DNA of 64,000 bases, taken from Phoronis australis. Taxonomy: Eukaryota > Animalia > Phoronida. The DNA lies in assembly GCA_002633005.1 (NCBI GenBank), contig NMRA01000153.1, positions 146,042-210,041 on the forward strand. The letters run 5' to 3'. Of the stretch, positions 12,864 through 26,453 are shown piece by piece. Position 1 is the stretch's first letter; the number at the start of each line of letters is the position of its first letter. Below the pieces are notes generated by a model. The model was not told the DNA's origin. It did not search any database and saw only the letters and a list, made by a program, of their open reading frames with translations. A program made the translations under genes and the position numbers.

Positions 12864-14374
12864 CATGAAACACCTATAGGCACTTCATACACCAGTGGAA
12901 TCTTTTTGGCGAATTATGCCTCACACTAATTAAAACATCAACGTTATACTACCGGCGCAGGCAGTGTTAAAAATGGCCAGTTGCTGATTTGGGCAACTGA
13001 ACGAAGGACTGGTTGAAGAAAAAGTTTGATAACGGGAGTGTTTCGTTGAGCTGGAAGGAATTAAAGACATCGACGTCTCCTAAGGTGTCCCTCTACGCGC
13101 AAAAGGTATTTAGAACAACATGACTTTGATGTTTTAGTCAATGTGATTCATAATTCGCTGAAAAGCTTCCGGCATATGATGTTCCTATGGGAGTTCCACC
13201 GTCTCTACTGGGCCAGGTAGAGACTGTGATCACTGTCTAATAATAATGTGACTTAAGATGTTTTAATTATTGTGAGGCATAATTTGCCAAAAAGCTTTCG
13301 GCGCATGAAGCACCTATAGGAGCTTCATCGTCTCTACTCTAACTAGAGACAGTGGTCACTGTCTATTCTTCAGGACAAAGACTTTTGTGGTTGTACGTTT
13401 TTGATTTTTGAGAGTGTTATGCATCTATAGAACTGGCACCGGCTTTCACTGTTTCCAGTGACTGTCACTTCATCAAATTAGAAAATATAAACACTGGTGG
13501 TGGTTTCCTGTCAATACTGCTGTTAATGTTAAAGTGATGTCATCGCTTAATCAAGCCTGTAGGCCAGAAGATTTTTGAAAAGTCTCGTTTAACCCTAACA
13601 AAACTATGAAAGTTATGTTACTAAGTATAGAGTGCAGATGGATACTTATGGAGGAAGGCAGCTAGAGTATTTAAATACTTCCAAAAAATGAAATATTCCC
13701 ATAATCAACACTTTTTCAACAGTTCTTCATTCTGCTATTTTTCTGTTATCACTGTAGGTGTCTATACTATAGCATGTAAATTGACCTCCATGACCTCGAC
13801 AGTAAGCCAGTCACTAAAGCACTACACTAGTGATCCAACTTGGATGTGAGGGTGGCACATGTCTCTCATGCTTGAACAAAATGGCATCGTTGATGAATGG
13901 AAAGAAATCTTAATTACTGTGTATTTGTTCCAGTTGGAAGGTTAGACATGGTTAGCCTCCAACATTGCCTTTCTTTGCTCGAAAGGCACCAGTATTATAG
14001 CAGTGTGATGTTGATGGTTTGGTCATTGTGAGTCATAATTTGGTGAAATGTGTCTGGTGTATAGTACCTCCATAGGATGGCTACAGTCTCAACCAGCTTT
14101 TCTGACCTAGTTCAGAAAATGGCACTGCTATATGCTGATAATGTCTAACCTACAAGAATGGCTTACCTACCATACCTAACTAGGTTTCAACTCCAGACTT
14201 CTCAGTGTACTCAGGGCAACCACGATCATTAATGTGGTGAATCTTCAGTTAGTGTATTACTATGGCCTCTCATAATCACTCATTTGCTCTTTGGTCAACT
14301 AGTTGAGATGCCTGACTTTGAATTGAATTACTGGGTATGAAACTTGAAACAAGGCGATTTTTTTTTCGATATCT

Positions 14375-14417
14375 TACACACACAAACACACTTGCTCGCA
14401 CGCACACACACACACTA
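14375..14417. repeat. Imperfect (CA)n microsatellite
   Basis: Visible CA dinucleotide runs. Confidence 0.8.
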
Positions 14418-15726
14418 CTGAATACCTGGCCAGATTATATATACGAAACAGTCATGTCTATATACACTATGCAATCTCCGAATTTGGAACTGATATTACA
14501 TCTAGCTCTCGACAGCAGATCACTGCACACAAACAACACACATGTATCTTTATATCGTATGCAGTGACAGTTGGTATCAGCACAGATAAACTGGGAGTTA
14601 CGAAGCAATCAAGTGGAACTTATGATTATTTGAGTGAACTTGCCAAATGTACTTGGATATTCCAAGTTGACGCATACGCCATCTTAAGATCAGGGGGAAT
14701 TCAAAGGTCAAGCACAGCACGAACAGCAAGACTACAGGGATTCTCAACTCCCAAGATGTGACATGGCCTCAGCTAACACCGCTACTGTACATGTACTGTG
14801 GACTCTGGGGGTTGTACTCTCTACCAGACTTCATACATGCATGCACAAGCCCCATGCAAATTAAATGGAGTCAGTGAAAATTTCAATGCGAACTTTTCAC
14901 CCTGTCTGAAATACAATTAAAATTCGAAAGTGATAGTTTTAAATTGTAGATCACCTGAAAATAAACTGTGCCTTTCACTACCCCCTTACTTTCTTGGGAT
15001 GGTTTCTTTACATCACTTTTTGATTATTAGTAAGACAAAATGAATCTGAATTCTTCGAAATGTAATTTTGGAATGTTGCAATCAATCTTCATTCCTTGGC
15101 TTTTTAGGGAAAGGATTAATTTTGCCTTTTTAAAACCCATTCTAGAATAAAAGTGCGAAAATTCGCTTAACAATGAAAAAGAGCGGGCACTTGGTTTTCA
15201 GGAGAAATTCAATAGACGTTTGACGAAGTTCACTTGCACAAGTTCCACCCACGAGGTCATGCGATCGGAATCACTTGTAAACAAACTCCACGTGTATTTG
15301 ACTCTACGTCAAAGATATTAGTAAATAGCACAAAATTACTAAACATATTTTTGTGCTGTGTACATCACATAGACATCTTAAAAGGGGAAGTTTTGTTTAA
15401 TAATATGTATTAAAATACCATTTAGTTTCAAATAGTCCAATTGATCATACTGGCTAAAAGTTTTACTGTGCAGGGAATTGGGATGACCAACACCACATTT
15501 TATAAGCCGAGTGACTGACGATCATTCTTCTCTTGTCCACAGTGTAAATGCCCGAACCTTTCAAAACCTAGGTTAATTATATTTTTGCTGTCCCTGATTT
15601 TGGTCATCAGTTTTTGGCAATAGTCCCTTTTGGTGGCCCTTGATTTTAATAACCGGGTTCATCCACTGAAAAGCAAGTGTTATATGGTAGTGACAAGCAT
15701 ATTTCACATTGTACTGGCAGGTCCTG

Positions 15727-16126
15727 GGCCCGGTCTCCAATCTTCTACTCGAAATGGAACTCGAAATTAGGTTTGTCATTTTCTACTCTACTTTTGGGCG
15801 AACTCAAGATAAGTGTCTATTATTCTATGGTCGAGTACACAATAACTTACGTAGATAATTTATTACCCTTAGTTCACAGTTTGTAAACCCAATATTAAAG
15901 CAATACGTTCGAGTTTGAACTCGAAATTTCGAGTTTTTACTCGAGTTTGTAGCACGAGTATAAGGGTCTTCAAGGGCAAACTTGAACTAGAAACTCCTAT
16001 GCATAAACTATAATGTATTCGAGCTCAGTCTGATAACCAATTATCTTAAGTTCGCACAAAAGGAGCAGAGAAATTGCCAAAAATAGTTTCGAGTTCGTTT
16101 CGAGTACAAAGATTAGAGACCGGGCC
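15727..16126. mobile_element. PIF/Harbinger-type MITE
   Basis: TIRs GGCCCGGTCTCCAATCTTCTACTCGAAA / TTTCGAGTACAAAGATTAGAGACCGGGCC; CTG target-site duplication on both sides. Confidence 0.85.
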
Positions 16127-16962
16127 CTGGAAGTCAATCCACAAACACGAAATTGGGGACCAAACTTGATATTTCAGGTATCCTCTTCATTAAAAGGGTA
16201 CTAAATCCTGTTTTGGTAATTTTATGCAATCCCCGATCCGTGGGCCATTGTCGTCTCACTTGAGTGATTCAACTAAAACACATACTGTCTATGTCGAAGA
16301 TTGGATGTTGCAGTTCTTGGCAGGTGGGCTTATGCTAACAGTTGCCATATAACTGGCGTAAAGTGTCGGTCACGCTTGTTCGTTTAGCAGAATTTGTAAG
16401 GAGTTTTCAAACTGCTCCAAACTTTTAAAGGTTGTCAAAGGTTACAGGGCATTATTTTGTTTCAGAGTACTGAATGAGAAAGCCCCCATTAATATCTGTT
16501 AATAGGTCAAAGTTGGGTTTGGTATCTCTTTAAGTTTCTGACAGTCATCCAAGTCAGTCATCCACATGTTTAATTCTTCATGCTTGAGCTATCCGCTTAT
16601 TTGCCAAGAATAATTGGGCTAAATTCCATCCATCTACTTTGATAGCACAAATTCTGTCTGCGCTTTGGCCTTGTGACAGGGAATTCTGGGTCATTTTATC
16701 TGCTTGCTTCCGGTGTTTACTGTATATTGATGACAGGTGAAAATGCCAGCGTTTTGTATTGAAATAATTCTTGTATTCTGTTTTTCTAGAGTCAAGATGT
16801 AAGTATGGATATCAGTGAGAAGCTATTTGCCAATGCATGATTGAAGCCCTGTCCAATATAACCAGTTGTGCCATTGTATATTCTAACTGTGTTATGCACA
16901 AAAAAGTTATCTTTTTCTTCATGACGACTTGATACATGCTTTCATCTGCTATGTTTTTGTTA

Positions 16963-18338
16963 CCGTATTCGCCGTAATAACCGCCCATGCCCCTATAAGC
17001 GCCCCCCCACGCGTTTGCAGACTTTGCTGGAATAAGCGCCCAGTCCATGACGTACCTTCAGTCCTAAAACTTGGCTACAGTAACGTCTTCAATTTATCAA
17101 AAAAGGTCTTCCAGACCACCAGCGGCACTGCTACGTTTATATTTAGCCGTGACTATACACTTCAAAGTAACACAGCGCTTCAAAAAGAACGCAACAGCGT
17201 TGCTACTTTCGCGACGACCGTGTCCCACTATGGTCTGACCTTACAGTACACATCGACTGTCTCATGAATAAAAATAACTCGGTGTTGAACGCACGTGGCC
17301 AGAAAGCGCGCGCTACATATATGAACCTAGCTGTCATCAAAGACATTAGTCGAGAACTATCCATTCATGAAACGGGTAGCATAGCATCGGTAAGAAATGA
17401 ATATTGGCCCTAATTTCCGACAATTTCTAATACTATAAAACATGTTTGCGTTATTTTTTAGATGGATTGTTTGATTAACCATAATTGGTGTTTTTAAGCC
17501 GAATATCGAATAAAACGACAACCGACAGCGAATGCTTACACACCCTTACACCGAAAAATAACTGTCAGAACAGTTACGTACGCATCCAGCTACACGGCGA
17601 CTAATATGGGTCTTACCGAAACAAATGTCGAACGTTTTTAGCACGAGACCGACAAGTGCTGAATGAAACACGCTCTGGTTTAGGCCTACTGCTTGTGCAA
17701 ATTTCTTTAGACACAATGCACATCTAGCTCGTTAGATTGCGTGGCTCTGGCCAAAAGACGGTCTCTGCTTTGTCAAATGAACTCTGGTTACACGCACGCG
17801 CTCGCTTACTCGCAGACGAACTTCAAAACAAACGTCACGTGGCAACAACATGTGTGTTCGTCCAGACATTTTTCTCGCCGTGTTGCCGATCATACATGTA
17901 GATGGCACGATGTTGCGCAGATTTGTACTTAAAACTGCCGTAAATCTAGACTCCACGGGAACTTAAAAAAGTCATAGGGACGCTACTTAGAAAACTTAAT
18001 GAGGATTTGTGGTAATTTGCTTCAGTCGAAACTATTTTTATTCAAGCATTGAAGTCGCCATATCGAAGACGGCGATTTTGAGGCCGTCAGTCTGCGAGTT
18101 TTCGCTCTGGGATTTCAGCACGATTTTCTGTAAAATGGTCGTAATTTAGCAGCAAAGTTTGATAGCAATGCACAACAGTTTTGTTGGAAGTCTTTCATAG
18201 ATTACAGATACGTCAGAGAACGTAAATTTGATTTCACCCGTTTCGGAGACCGGGTTTCAACCGCCTTGGGTTATAATAAGCATCCCCCTTGAACCGAACT
18301 TTTCTAAGCGCCCTGGGCGGTTATTACGGCGAATACGG
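16963..18338. mobile_element. Non-autonomous Tc1/mariner (pogo-like) element
   Basis: Perfect 25-bp TIR CCGTATTCGCCGTAATAACCGCCCA, TA TSDs, subterminal TAAGCGCCC repeats, CpG-rich interior, no transposase ORF. Confidence 0.9.
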
Positions 18339-19174
18339 TATTTGTTAAAGTTCGCTGTTATTCCATGATATGTTTCCACAGGCTTGAATTGATGCATGAA
18401 TATTACAACTATTCTCAAATGTTATGCTTTTCATGAATGGAAGTTTGATGAAAATGTCTTTAAGTCAGTGATATCTACAGCATTGTATTTATCTGGAAAC
18501 CTACTTGAGTATGGGATCGGCTGGCGTAGGCCGTAGGGTAACGTTAAAGTGACGCTGATGGTCGTTGCTTTGTTACTTATGCCTAGTTCGTCTGTCTTGT
18601 CTTCATCCACTGTTTGCAAGTTTCACAGGATATCCAAGTTATGAAGAACACAATATCTCGTTTCCATTTCAAATTTCTTCTTGTAACAGTTACAAGTTAC
18701 CCTGAATTCTGAGCCCGAGTTTCTGGTTTAGTATGATTTTACAGAAATAGTAAAATCTAATCAATTTCGGACAAAATAAATTGCCAGAATTGATCGTTTT
18801 CATTTTTTTCATAGGGTTCTAAATTGTTGTGAATGCCCACAACTTCTCAAAATCATTGTGTGATGGAAGCTATGGTATCGATCTTTAAAAATTTTATAAC
18901 ATTTATTTGGTGTTACTTATCTTTTAATAAAAAATGGAAAATTAGGATTTCATATGTTGGCCAAATTGTGTCATAAATTGGTGAGATTTCGCCGTGTTTC
19001 AGCCATTATGTGTTTGACAGGAACATGTCACGATTGAACCTTTTGTTGTCTTTATTGACTCTTGTCACTAAAAAATCATTTGGTTTGATATCAGTGGTTG
19101 TATTTTATTAAAAGATCAGATCTAGACTACTGCATTGTCAACAAGGTTATTATGTATTTAAATTGAAATTTCAG

Positions 19175-19280
19175 TTTACAAACCCGGAACAGTCCGGTTA
19201 CGTGGGGTTTGCCAATCTTCCTAATCAGGTGCACCGCAAGTCTGTGAAGAAAGGATTCGAGTTCACCCTCATGGTTGTGG
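19175..19280 (+). CDS. SEPTIN2: Septin (SEPT2 group) coding exon 2, polybasic region
   Basis: TTTCAG acceptor, GTAAGT donor; [35 protein letters not shown](G). Confidence 0.95.
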
Positions 19281-19346
19281 GTAAGTAACCTGCTATTCTT
19301 AACATCCATGGCATGTGACGAACATGCAAATCTTAACCTAGACCAG

Positions 19347-19564
19347 GGGCCCGTTCCAAGACAAATCTTAAATTTCAGTCAATTTTAAATTCAAATTTAA
19401 TTTGTCTCAAGTCTGTTTCAAGAAAGACATCTTAGATTTGACTTAAGTCTTTGACTTAAGTTTTATCTTAATTTTGACTAACTTACCGGATGTGGAAGTT
19501 TCAAAGTTTGGAAATTGGGACATATCTTAGACTTAAGTCAAAACTGAACTTCTTGAGATGGCCC
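19347..19564. mobile_element. PIF/Harbinger-type MITE
   Basis: CAG|GGGCCCGTTCCAAGA ... TCTTGAGATGGCCC|CTG, with internal GACTTAAGTC palindromes. Confidence 0.65.
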
Positions 19565-20798
19565 CTGCTTAGCAAAGTGTGGATTCTTTGCCAGTTCTCC
19601 TGAAGAACCAATAAAGTCTGCTTGATTGTAAAGTGAGACATTTCTATGTGAGCTGTAGGTGACACAGGGAAATTTGTTTGACCGCGTTGTGGTTGTCGAA
19701 TTCAGTTACAATTCATTGTTCAAGCTTACTGTCTTGGTAGTTTGGTAGTATGGAGGATATGAGGGTTTCTTTCAGCAGTAATCTGTAAATGTGTTCCATG
19801 AATTCCATACACCTTGATTTACCACGCCAATGCTTGGGATGGCAGTGTGCACACTGACATGAAATATAATATAAATTTTCTCATTCATGGAAAGAAACAC
19901 GATCTAAGTCATAATTCACTATTTCTACATATTGCATATTATAAAGCAGGTCCCCTGAGAAAACAATTTAATATCCACAATGTTTAATATTATTTTGTAG
20001 TATAGCAGACACTATTGCAGTGATTGAAAAACTGACTTGTTGTCTCTCCAAGCAGAACTTCCCTTGAATATTGGTGATGTGTGACCATATGCAGCAGTGA
20101 GCTGTCTGACCTTCAGTCTAAGTAATGTAGGAGACACATATATGTATGCTTATGCTTGCATGGAATAATGAAGTCCATTTGTGTGGAATGGAGTTAAATG
20201 ATCCTCATGGTAGCTTTGATAGTGATTTTTAGTCCACCCTGTAGTTTTTGTGTGCATTATAGTAATGTTGAACCAACTTTACATTAATTGAAGAAAGTGC
20301 TTTTTCGCTGAACTTGTGTCTGGTATGGTTTTCCAAAACTGTTGTATGATTTTTACAAGATGAATGTTCATAATTTTGTAAATGAATATTGACAATAATG
20401 TTTTAAATGTATTGAATGTTTTCTTTTTTACCAATCGTATGCTTCACGAAGTTGAAAAATCCACAAAGTTAAACTATTACTTTAATGTAGTCTTAACATT
20501 GTGCAGTATTTATCATGAGTTCTGTGACTCCATAATACACAACACTCACTGCTTGACTTATCTTTGCTGGCAAGACAGTGCTTGATTTGGCATCCTGCAG
20601 CTTGCCATTGTGACTTTGTATTGTGTTTGGCGACCTGAGATAAGTCCCAAGTATCAAAGTCGTACAATAATTTTCCAAATTTGTTTCAAAATTTGTGGCG
20701 ACTTCTAAACTTTCAATACCTTTGATTCACAATTGCTTGGTTTATTTTGTGAAATCAGTCCATTTGCCATTTTCAGCACACATCAAATGTGCTTAAAT

Positions 20799-21967
20799 AG
20801 CTCACTTGCGAGTTTCTCGCTAGTCACTGTGACGTCACCGGAAAGGGGGCAAAACCCGCCATATTGCTCTTGTTTTGCCCCGAGTCTTTGCTACACACGC
20901 TAAAACTTACTGGAGTTCTTATGGTGAATTTTACGCTTAAAACGTTAAAACAACTTAAGATGTGGTAGATGGGTCGTGGAATAACTGTGAATAGACGAAG
21001 AAAATGTGAACTTGTTATGTTGTGCGAAGCTGTGAACGGACTGAAATTGGAACTTAACCCGCTCTAGGCCTGAATGGCGCAGGCATACAGGGGCGATAGT
21101 GTATCCCCATAAAAAGATATTCACTTCAAAATACAGTAAATAAAATCAAATGAAACGTGCATATGTGCACATGAAGTTATAATTAACACATACCCTGACT
21201 CTGGACACAATTTAGTCTACAAATAACTTGAGCATATTCATGAAAACCTCGAGGTTCTCTCGAGTTTCTCTCACTAGCCGCCATTTTGAGGAAGTTACGT
21301 GAAATCACGCCTGTTGAAGAACAAAAAGTCCAAGGGACACAAATCTTACAAATTTCACTTGATATTTTCTCATGCTATTTTGCAAGTGTCACGCGCCAGG
21401 TCACGCGCCAGATCTCGCGCTTCGCTCAGTCTCGCGCTAGCCTTTGCCTCAAACTCACCTGACTCAGTTGAAATACTTGATTGTGGTTATCGCGCGCGCG
21501 GACAAAGTTAACAGTAACCACAAAGTGGAGTTGGAATTCTTCGCCTAAGTCACCTGAATTCCCGTATATATGCTTCATCGAAGATATGTTTAGAAGCAGA
21601 AAGAGTCACTGAAGAAAGTAAGAGCCTTTTAGGTGCTAATTTTAGGTGTAGAATGTATTTTCGACGAGGTGAAAACTTTACCAGTGAGCGGATTTCGCCT
21701 ACCGCCCGTTTAAAATACACGGGACGAAATTAGTACAGAACGCGATAGAACGTATTGTAGTGCGAATCTGAAGTTCATTTGCCATAACAGCAATGCTTTT
21801 GGACATTTTTCGAACTAAACGGCTAAAAACTCGAAGACAATAACAGAATACACTCTGCTACCGTATTGGGCAAATGACCAAACGACAAACTTTTGCCCCA
21901 CTTCGCGTGACGTCACAGTTAAGTCTCACATAATCTCGCGTTATTGTTATAAACTCGCAAAAGGCCT
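20799..21967. mobile_element. ISL2EU-like non-autonomous DNA transposon
   Basis: AT flanks; TIRs AGCTCACTTGCGAGTTT / AAACTCGCAAAAGGCCT; inverted subterminal CTGTGACGTCAC...GGGGCAAAA blocks. Superfamily inferred from the AT TSD and AG terminus. Confidence 0.7.
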
Positions 21968-22286
21968 ATTGCAACCTCGGGTTTTGTTTGGTGACCTGGA
22001 ATTTTCGCAAATTCGCATTTGGCGAGTTGCTGTCAAACTAAAAGTCGAGCACTGCAAGATCGATAAGCTAAATGTATAATACCTTACTCAAGCTTAGACA
22101 ATATTATTCAAGCTTGAGCATTGTTATTCAGCAATATTTTCAAGGTTTTTTGGGCCTACCTTATTCAAGATTCCTTATAGTTATTGAACTTGCTTTGCCA
22201 TGTTGGCAGAGTGGCAGATATCTTTGTTTTAGTGCAACTGAGTGCAGGATCTGCATTGTCAGGCTAAATGTGTGAACAAGTCTTAA

Positions 22287-22682
22287 GGCCCTTTCATATT
22301 GACTTAACTCTGATCTGAGCGGAGCGTCGACGTAAACAGCGCAGTTAACTGCACCGTTCATACTGGCTTCGGTAGTTAATGACCATTGAAGTAAAGGATG
22401 ACGCTAACGTCATTGAAGTTATTGCAAGGTAGCGCTGCACGCTAAGATTTTTTCAATGTGACAATTTGGGAACATTTAAATTGCTAAATGATATTAAACT
22501 CATTTTTAAATTGATTGGTTATCATTAGAGCAAAAAATAAGTAGTTATTAGTGACGACACTACTCTGTAACTGTTGACGATAACAGTGGCACCTGGCAAT
22601 AACTTTGATTGGACCGGAGTTAAGCGTTCATACTGCACCGCAGCGTCGACGCTGCGGTCTTAAATCCACCTGTTAACTGAAG
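22287..22682. mobile_element. Truncated copy of the Harbinger MITE at 6923-7416
   Basis: Co-linear, highly similar sequence starting TAA|GGCCCTTTCATATT; right TIR missing. Confidence 0.85.
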
Positions 22683-24353
22683 ATAGCTTGAATTACGTAC
22701 TGACCAGCAATCTATATATTAAAATGTGAACTTTGAACCCAGATGTTGGCTTCAAGTCCGTTGGACAAAAACAACTTGAAAGCAGCTGCTCTGACATCTG
22801 CCCCCACCCGACATTTCCTTCCCTTTTATTCCCACGACAGAAAAGCACCGGCTTGTCCAGTCGTATTTTGTCTTGCTGAGTCTTGTGGCTTCAGTCCGTC
22901 GATCTTGATCCTCGCTGGTTCCTTGCATGTCCGCTAGGGAGAAGGGGACATCCCCCTTGTGGACACGCAGGGAACCAGGGAAATCTTGATCCGGCGAATG
23001 TGCTTCTTTCTCAAAGCCTAATATTCGGTGGTATTCGTCCGCCACCTGTGTTTACCGTTTACGCCTACTTGGTTGCACAGCAATCGACTCCACACACTAT
23101 TATGATGGAAATAGTACAAAGATAATGTGATTGAGGACTTTATTCACTACAGCTAAACACGGAAATGTACATATCTGTAAAGGTGAATTTGAGGTATGGT
23201 AATAAACACACATTGCGTGTATGTACTTTGTGGTATTACAACCATCTCATTTGTGTATGACGAAATAACTATAAAGATGGATGGTCAACAAAAAACAAAA
23301 TGCGATATTTAAGAGCAAAAAAATTGGATGACAACGCATTGATAACAACACAGCTTTTACATGATATTTTTGTTTCCTAACTAAAGCATGTATCGCCAGG
23401 ACAACTTCCCACGTCCAGTGTAAACGCAAAGCACAGGTTCCAGCTGGTCTTAAATTTAAATTTACACAGCAATGGTTACCAAGAGAAAATGTTTTCCTGG
23501 GTCAGGAATTCAATGTTCAAAAAAGGTGACTGACCCAACAAGGTTTTTTACGATTTTTTGATGAAGTCTGATCTACCTCACTGATGAGTAGTCTTTTGTT
23601 ATGCTTGCACAGCAATGGTTAGTCAGGGAGCAAGGAAATTGGAGCTTGGAAAAAAATATCAAATAAGGCAACATACCACCAAACCAAGCTTACAGTAGTT
23701 CAATTTAGTTAAGTTATCTGGTTGCACTTGCAGAAATGAGTTGGAAATCTCACATTAACAGTTCCATGCTTGCTAAGTTGGTCATTTTTGATGACGTTGA
23801 AACATGTGTGGTTGCCTCTGTCTAGGTAAAACATTATACTCAGTTCCCCTTAATTAGCAAAATCTGTCTTTAACGTTTAAATTTGATGCAATCTACAAAG
23901 AAATTGATGAATCATTTCTTTACCACAGTAGAAATGTTATGGAATCCAGGATGTATCCATGATTTTTTTGTCTAATAGTGACAGTCCTCACATTTCTGCC
24001 AGTTGCTGTTGCAAGTCCAAATGGGTGTTCTGGACTTCGTTCTTGGATTCAACCACACGGTGGATGTGGACAGATCAAGACTGCCACTGTTTCTTCACAA
24101 TGTTACTGCTTGAGCTCTGTTGTGATGTGAATGGTTACTGGGCATGTACAGCAAGTCTCAATTCTAAACTGAACACATGACTGCTCAGTTGCTGCTGATC
24201 TAGTACTGGTTGAAAGAAATGTTTGACAGGCACATAGGTCTTCAATAGCGGATTTGCAGCGACGCCATATTGAAATTAGGTTAAAATGGTGCATTGTGGG
24301 TGCTGTGGTCAGGATTCCGAAAGCGGCCATAGTAACAAGCATAATACGCGGCA

Positions 24354-25615
24354 TGAGCGCGAAGAAAACTTACGGCGGATACACTTGTTGTGTTCCTTTC
24401 TGCTTCAGAAACAACAAGAGAGATAAAAATCTGAGTTTGTATATGTTCCCTGCAAACCAAGAACTTCGTGAAAAATGGATAAACAACATTAGGAGACCTG
24501 GGAGTAAGGGGAAATTTAGCGCATTCAAACGAACGCGGGGCCATCTAGTAGGCAACACGTAGCCCCTCGGTTGGCCATGTAGGGGCTACAATACTTCCAT
24601 TCGCTTTCTGTACTCATTTCGTTACTCCAGTGTATTTTAAACGGGCCGTGACCGGATTTGGGTTACCGATTTCGAGTTTTCACCTCGTCAAAAATACACT
24701 CTACACTTAAAACTATCATTTAAAAAACGCTTACTTTCATCATTGGTCCTTTCTACTTCTATACATATCTTTAATGAAGCTTAGTTGTGAGAATTAAGTT
24801 GACTTTGGCGAAGAATTACAACTCCACTTTTTTGGTTGCCGTTAATTTTATCACCGCGTGCGCGATAACTACAAAGCATGTCAACTGAATCCCGTGAGTT
24901 AGGCGCAAGGTTAGACTGAGCGAAGCGCGTGACGCTAGCGCGCGACACTTGTAAAATAGCATGAGAAGGTATCGGGTGAAACTTGTAAGATGTGTGTCCC
25001 TTGTACTTTTTATTCGTCAACATGCGTAATTTCACGTAACTTCCTCAAAATGGCACCCGGTAACCGTGACTGAGAGAAACTCGAATAAACCGCGACAGAT
25101 TTTCATCGATTCGTTCAAGTTTTGCTGTATAAATTGTATCCAGAGTCGTGGTATGTGTTAATTATAACTCCGTGTTCCTATATGTATGCCGGGTTCATTT
25201 GATTTTATTTGCTGTATTTTGAAATGGGTAACTTTTTGTGAGGATGTACTATCGCTCCTGAATGCCTGCGGCATCCAGTGCGATGTAATTGCCTAGGGGC
25301 CATCATGTGTGCAGCGAACATTTTCTTGGTGGAAAAAAGACTTATATGAGAACAACATTCCGACGGAGTTTCCACTTAAAATCAACGTCTCTAGCATATC
25401 CACGACGAAAGCTTCAAAAGTTAAGCAACCCAAGAACTCTCAACTTGTCTGAAATAGGAGGAGATTTCGAAATCAACGCCGATAACCCCAATACTGAACA
25501 CGGCGACAGTCGTGCTCTCGGTCACACGGTCACTGATCATAGCTACGCTGTGTTTACAAACGAGAGAGAGGACTTGCTTGGTATTATAAAGCAAAAAATG
25601 AAACATGGTTTTTAG
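24354..25615 (+). pseudogene. THAP zinc-finger N-terminus of a transposon protein, split by a 750-bp insertion and frameshifted
   Basis: MSAKKTYGGYTCCVPFC...YMFP...REKWINNIRR...RGH | HVCSEHF...(frameshift)NNIPTEFP gives the THAP C2CH signature. Downstream DHSY resembles an HCF-1-binding motif. Confidence 0.85.
24546..25295. mobile_element. Insertion inside the THAP ORF, flanked by direct repeat GGGGCCATC
   Basis: GGGGCCATC at 24537-24545 and 25296-25304; ends TAGTAGGCAA... / ...TTGCCTA; interior is an inverted homolog of ~21070-21761. Confidence 0.8.
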
Positions 25616-26453
25616 TTTGCAAATCGCTCAAAATGCACACACTATCCAGCCTGCTCAAGACATGCCTGACCACAAGCTATCCCATGAGCCTTCGCGAAGG
25701 AAGTAACTCGCACATGCGCAATGCGTAGTTCGTCTGTGCTGCAAATCCGCTATTAGGATATTTCCAAATGAAGCTAATTCTTTAATGAAGTCCATCATGA
25801 TTACAATGTTCTGTTTACATCTTGTTGTACAAGGGGTGCTGTGAAGCTGGCTCATTCTTACCATAACTTGTAATGTGTTTGTAAAAGCTTTAAACCAAAC
25901 TTAAGAAGTAAACAAGCACTGCCATGTTTGACATGTAGTTTTCACCACAACACTTGTTGTTCACATTCTCAGTACATCACTCTATTTTCTAGTGTTATAA
26001 GTCCTTGTCACAGACATCTGCTCAGACTTGAGAAACCAGGTGCTGTCACTTCTGTGCCACTAGTTATGCATTTGACATTTTTAATAGAATGTGAATTTAT
26101 GATAAAGAATCTAAATTTGTGACATGGTAAACGCATAGACTGGATTCTGAAATATGGTAATTCTCTTTTGTAGCACACAATATGGCCGACAAGTGAAGTT
26201 CTAATTTGTCAAATTTCCCAGCATTGTAGTGTGTAGATGTCATAGAACAATATTTGGTAATGTTTCCATTATTTGCAACTGAGTACTGTAAAAATGACAA
26301 TTTTGGCAATGTATTGTTTTTGTACACAATTGGCGAGATTTTACTGTACTTGGGATTGTGACTTTGGGATGGACAGGGTAGTGTGTGTAGCAGTCATGGG
26401 TCCTAGTAACCGTGTGGGCTTCATTTGACACTAGTAGGACATAGGCCTAAACA

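Larger units (their letters stand above)
24247..25751 (+). mobile_element. Internally deleted ISL2EU-like transposon carrying a THAP-domain remnant
   Basis: Perfect TIR AGCGGATTTGCAGC / GCTGCAAATCCGCT with AT TSDs; contains a THAP ORF. Confidence 0.8.
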
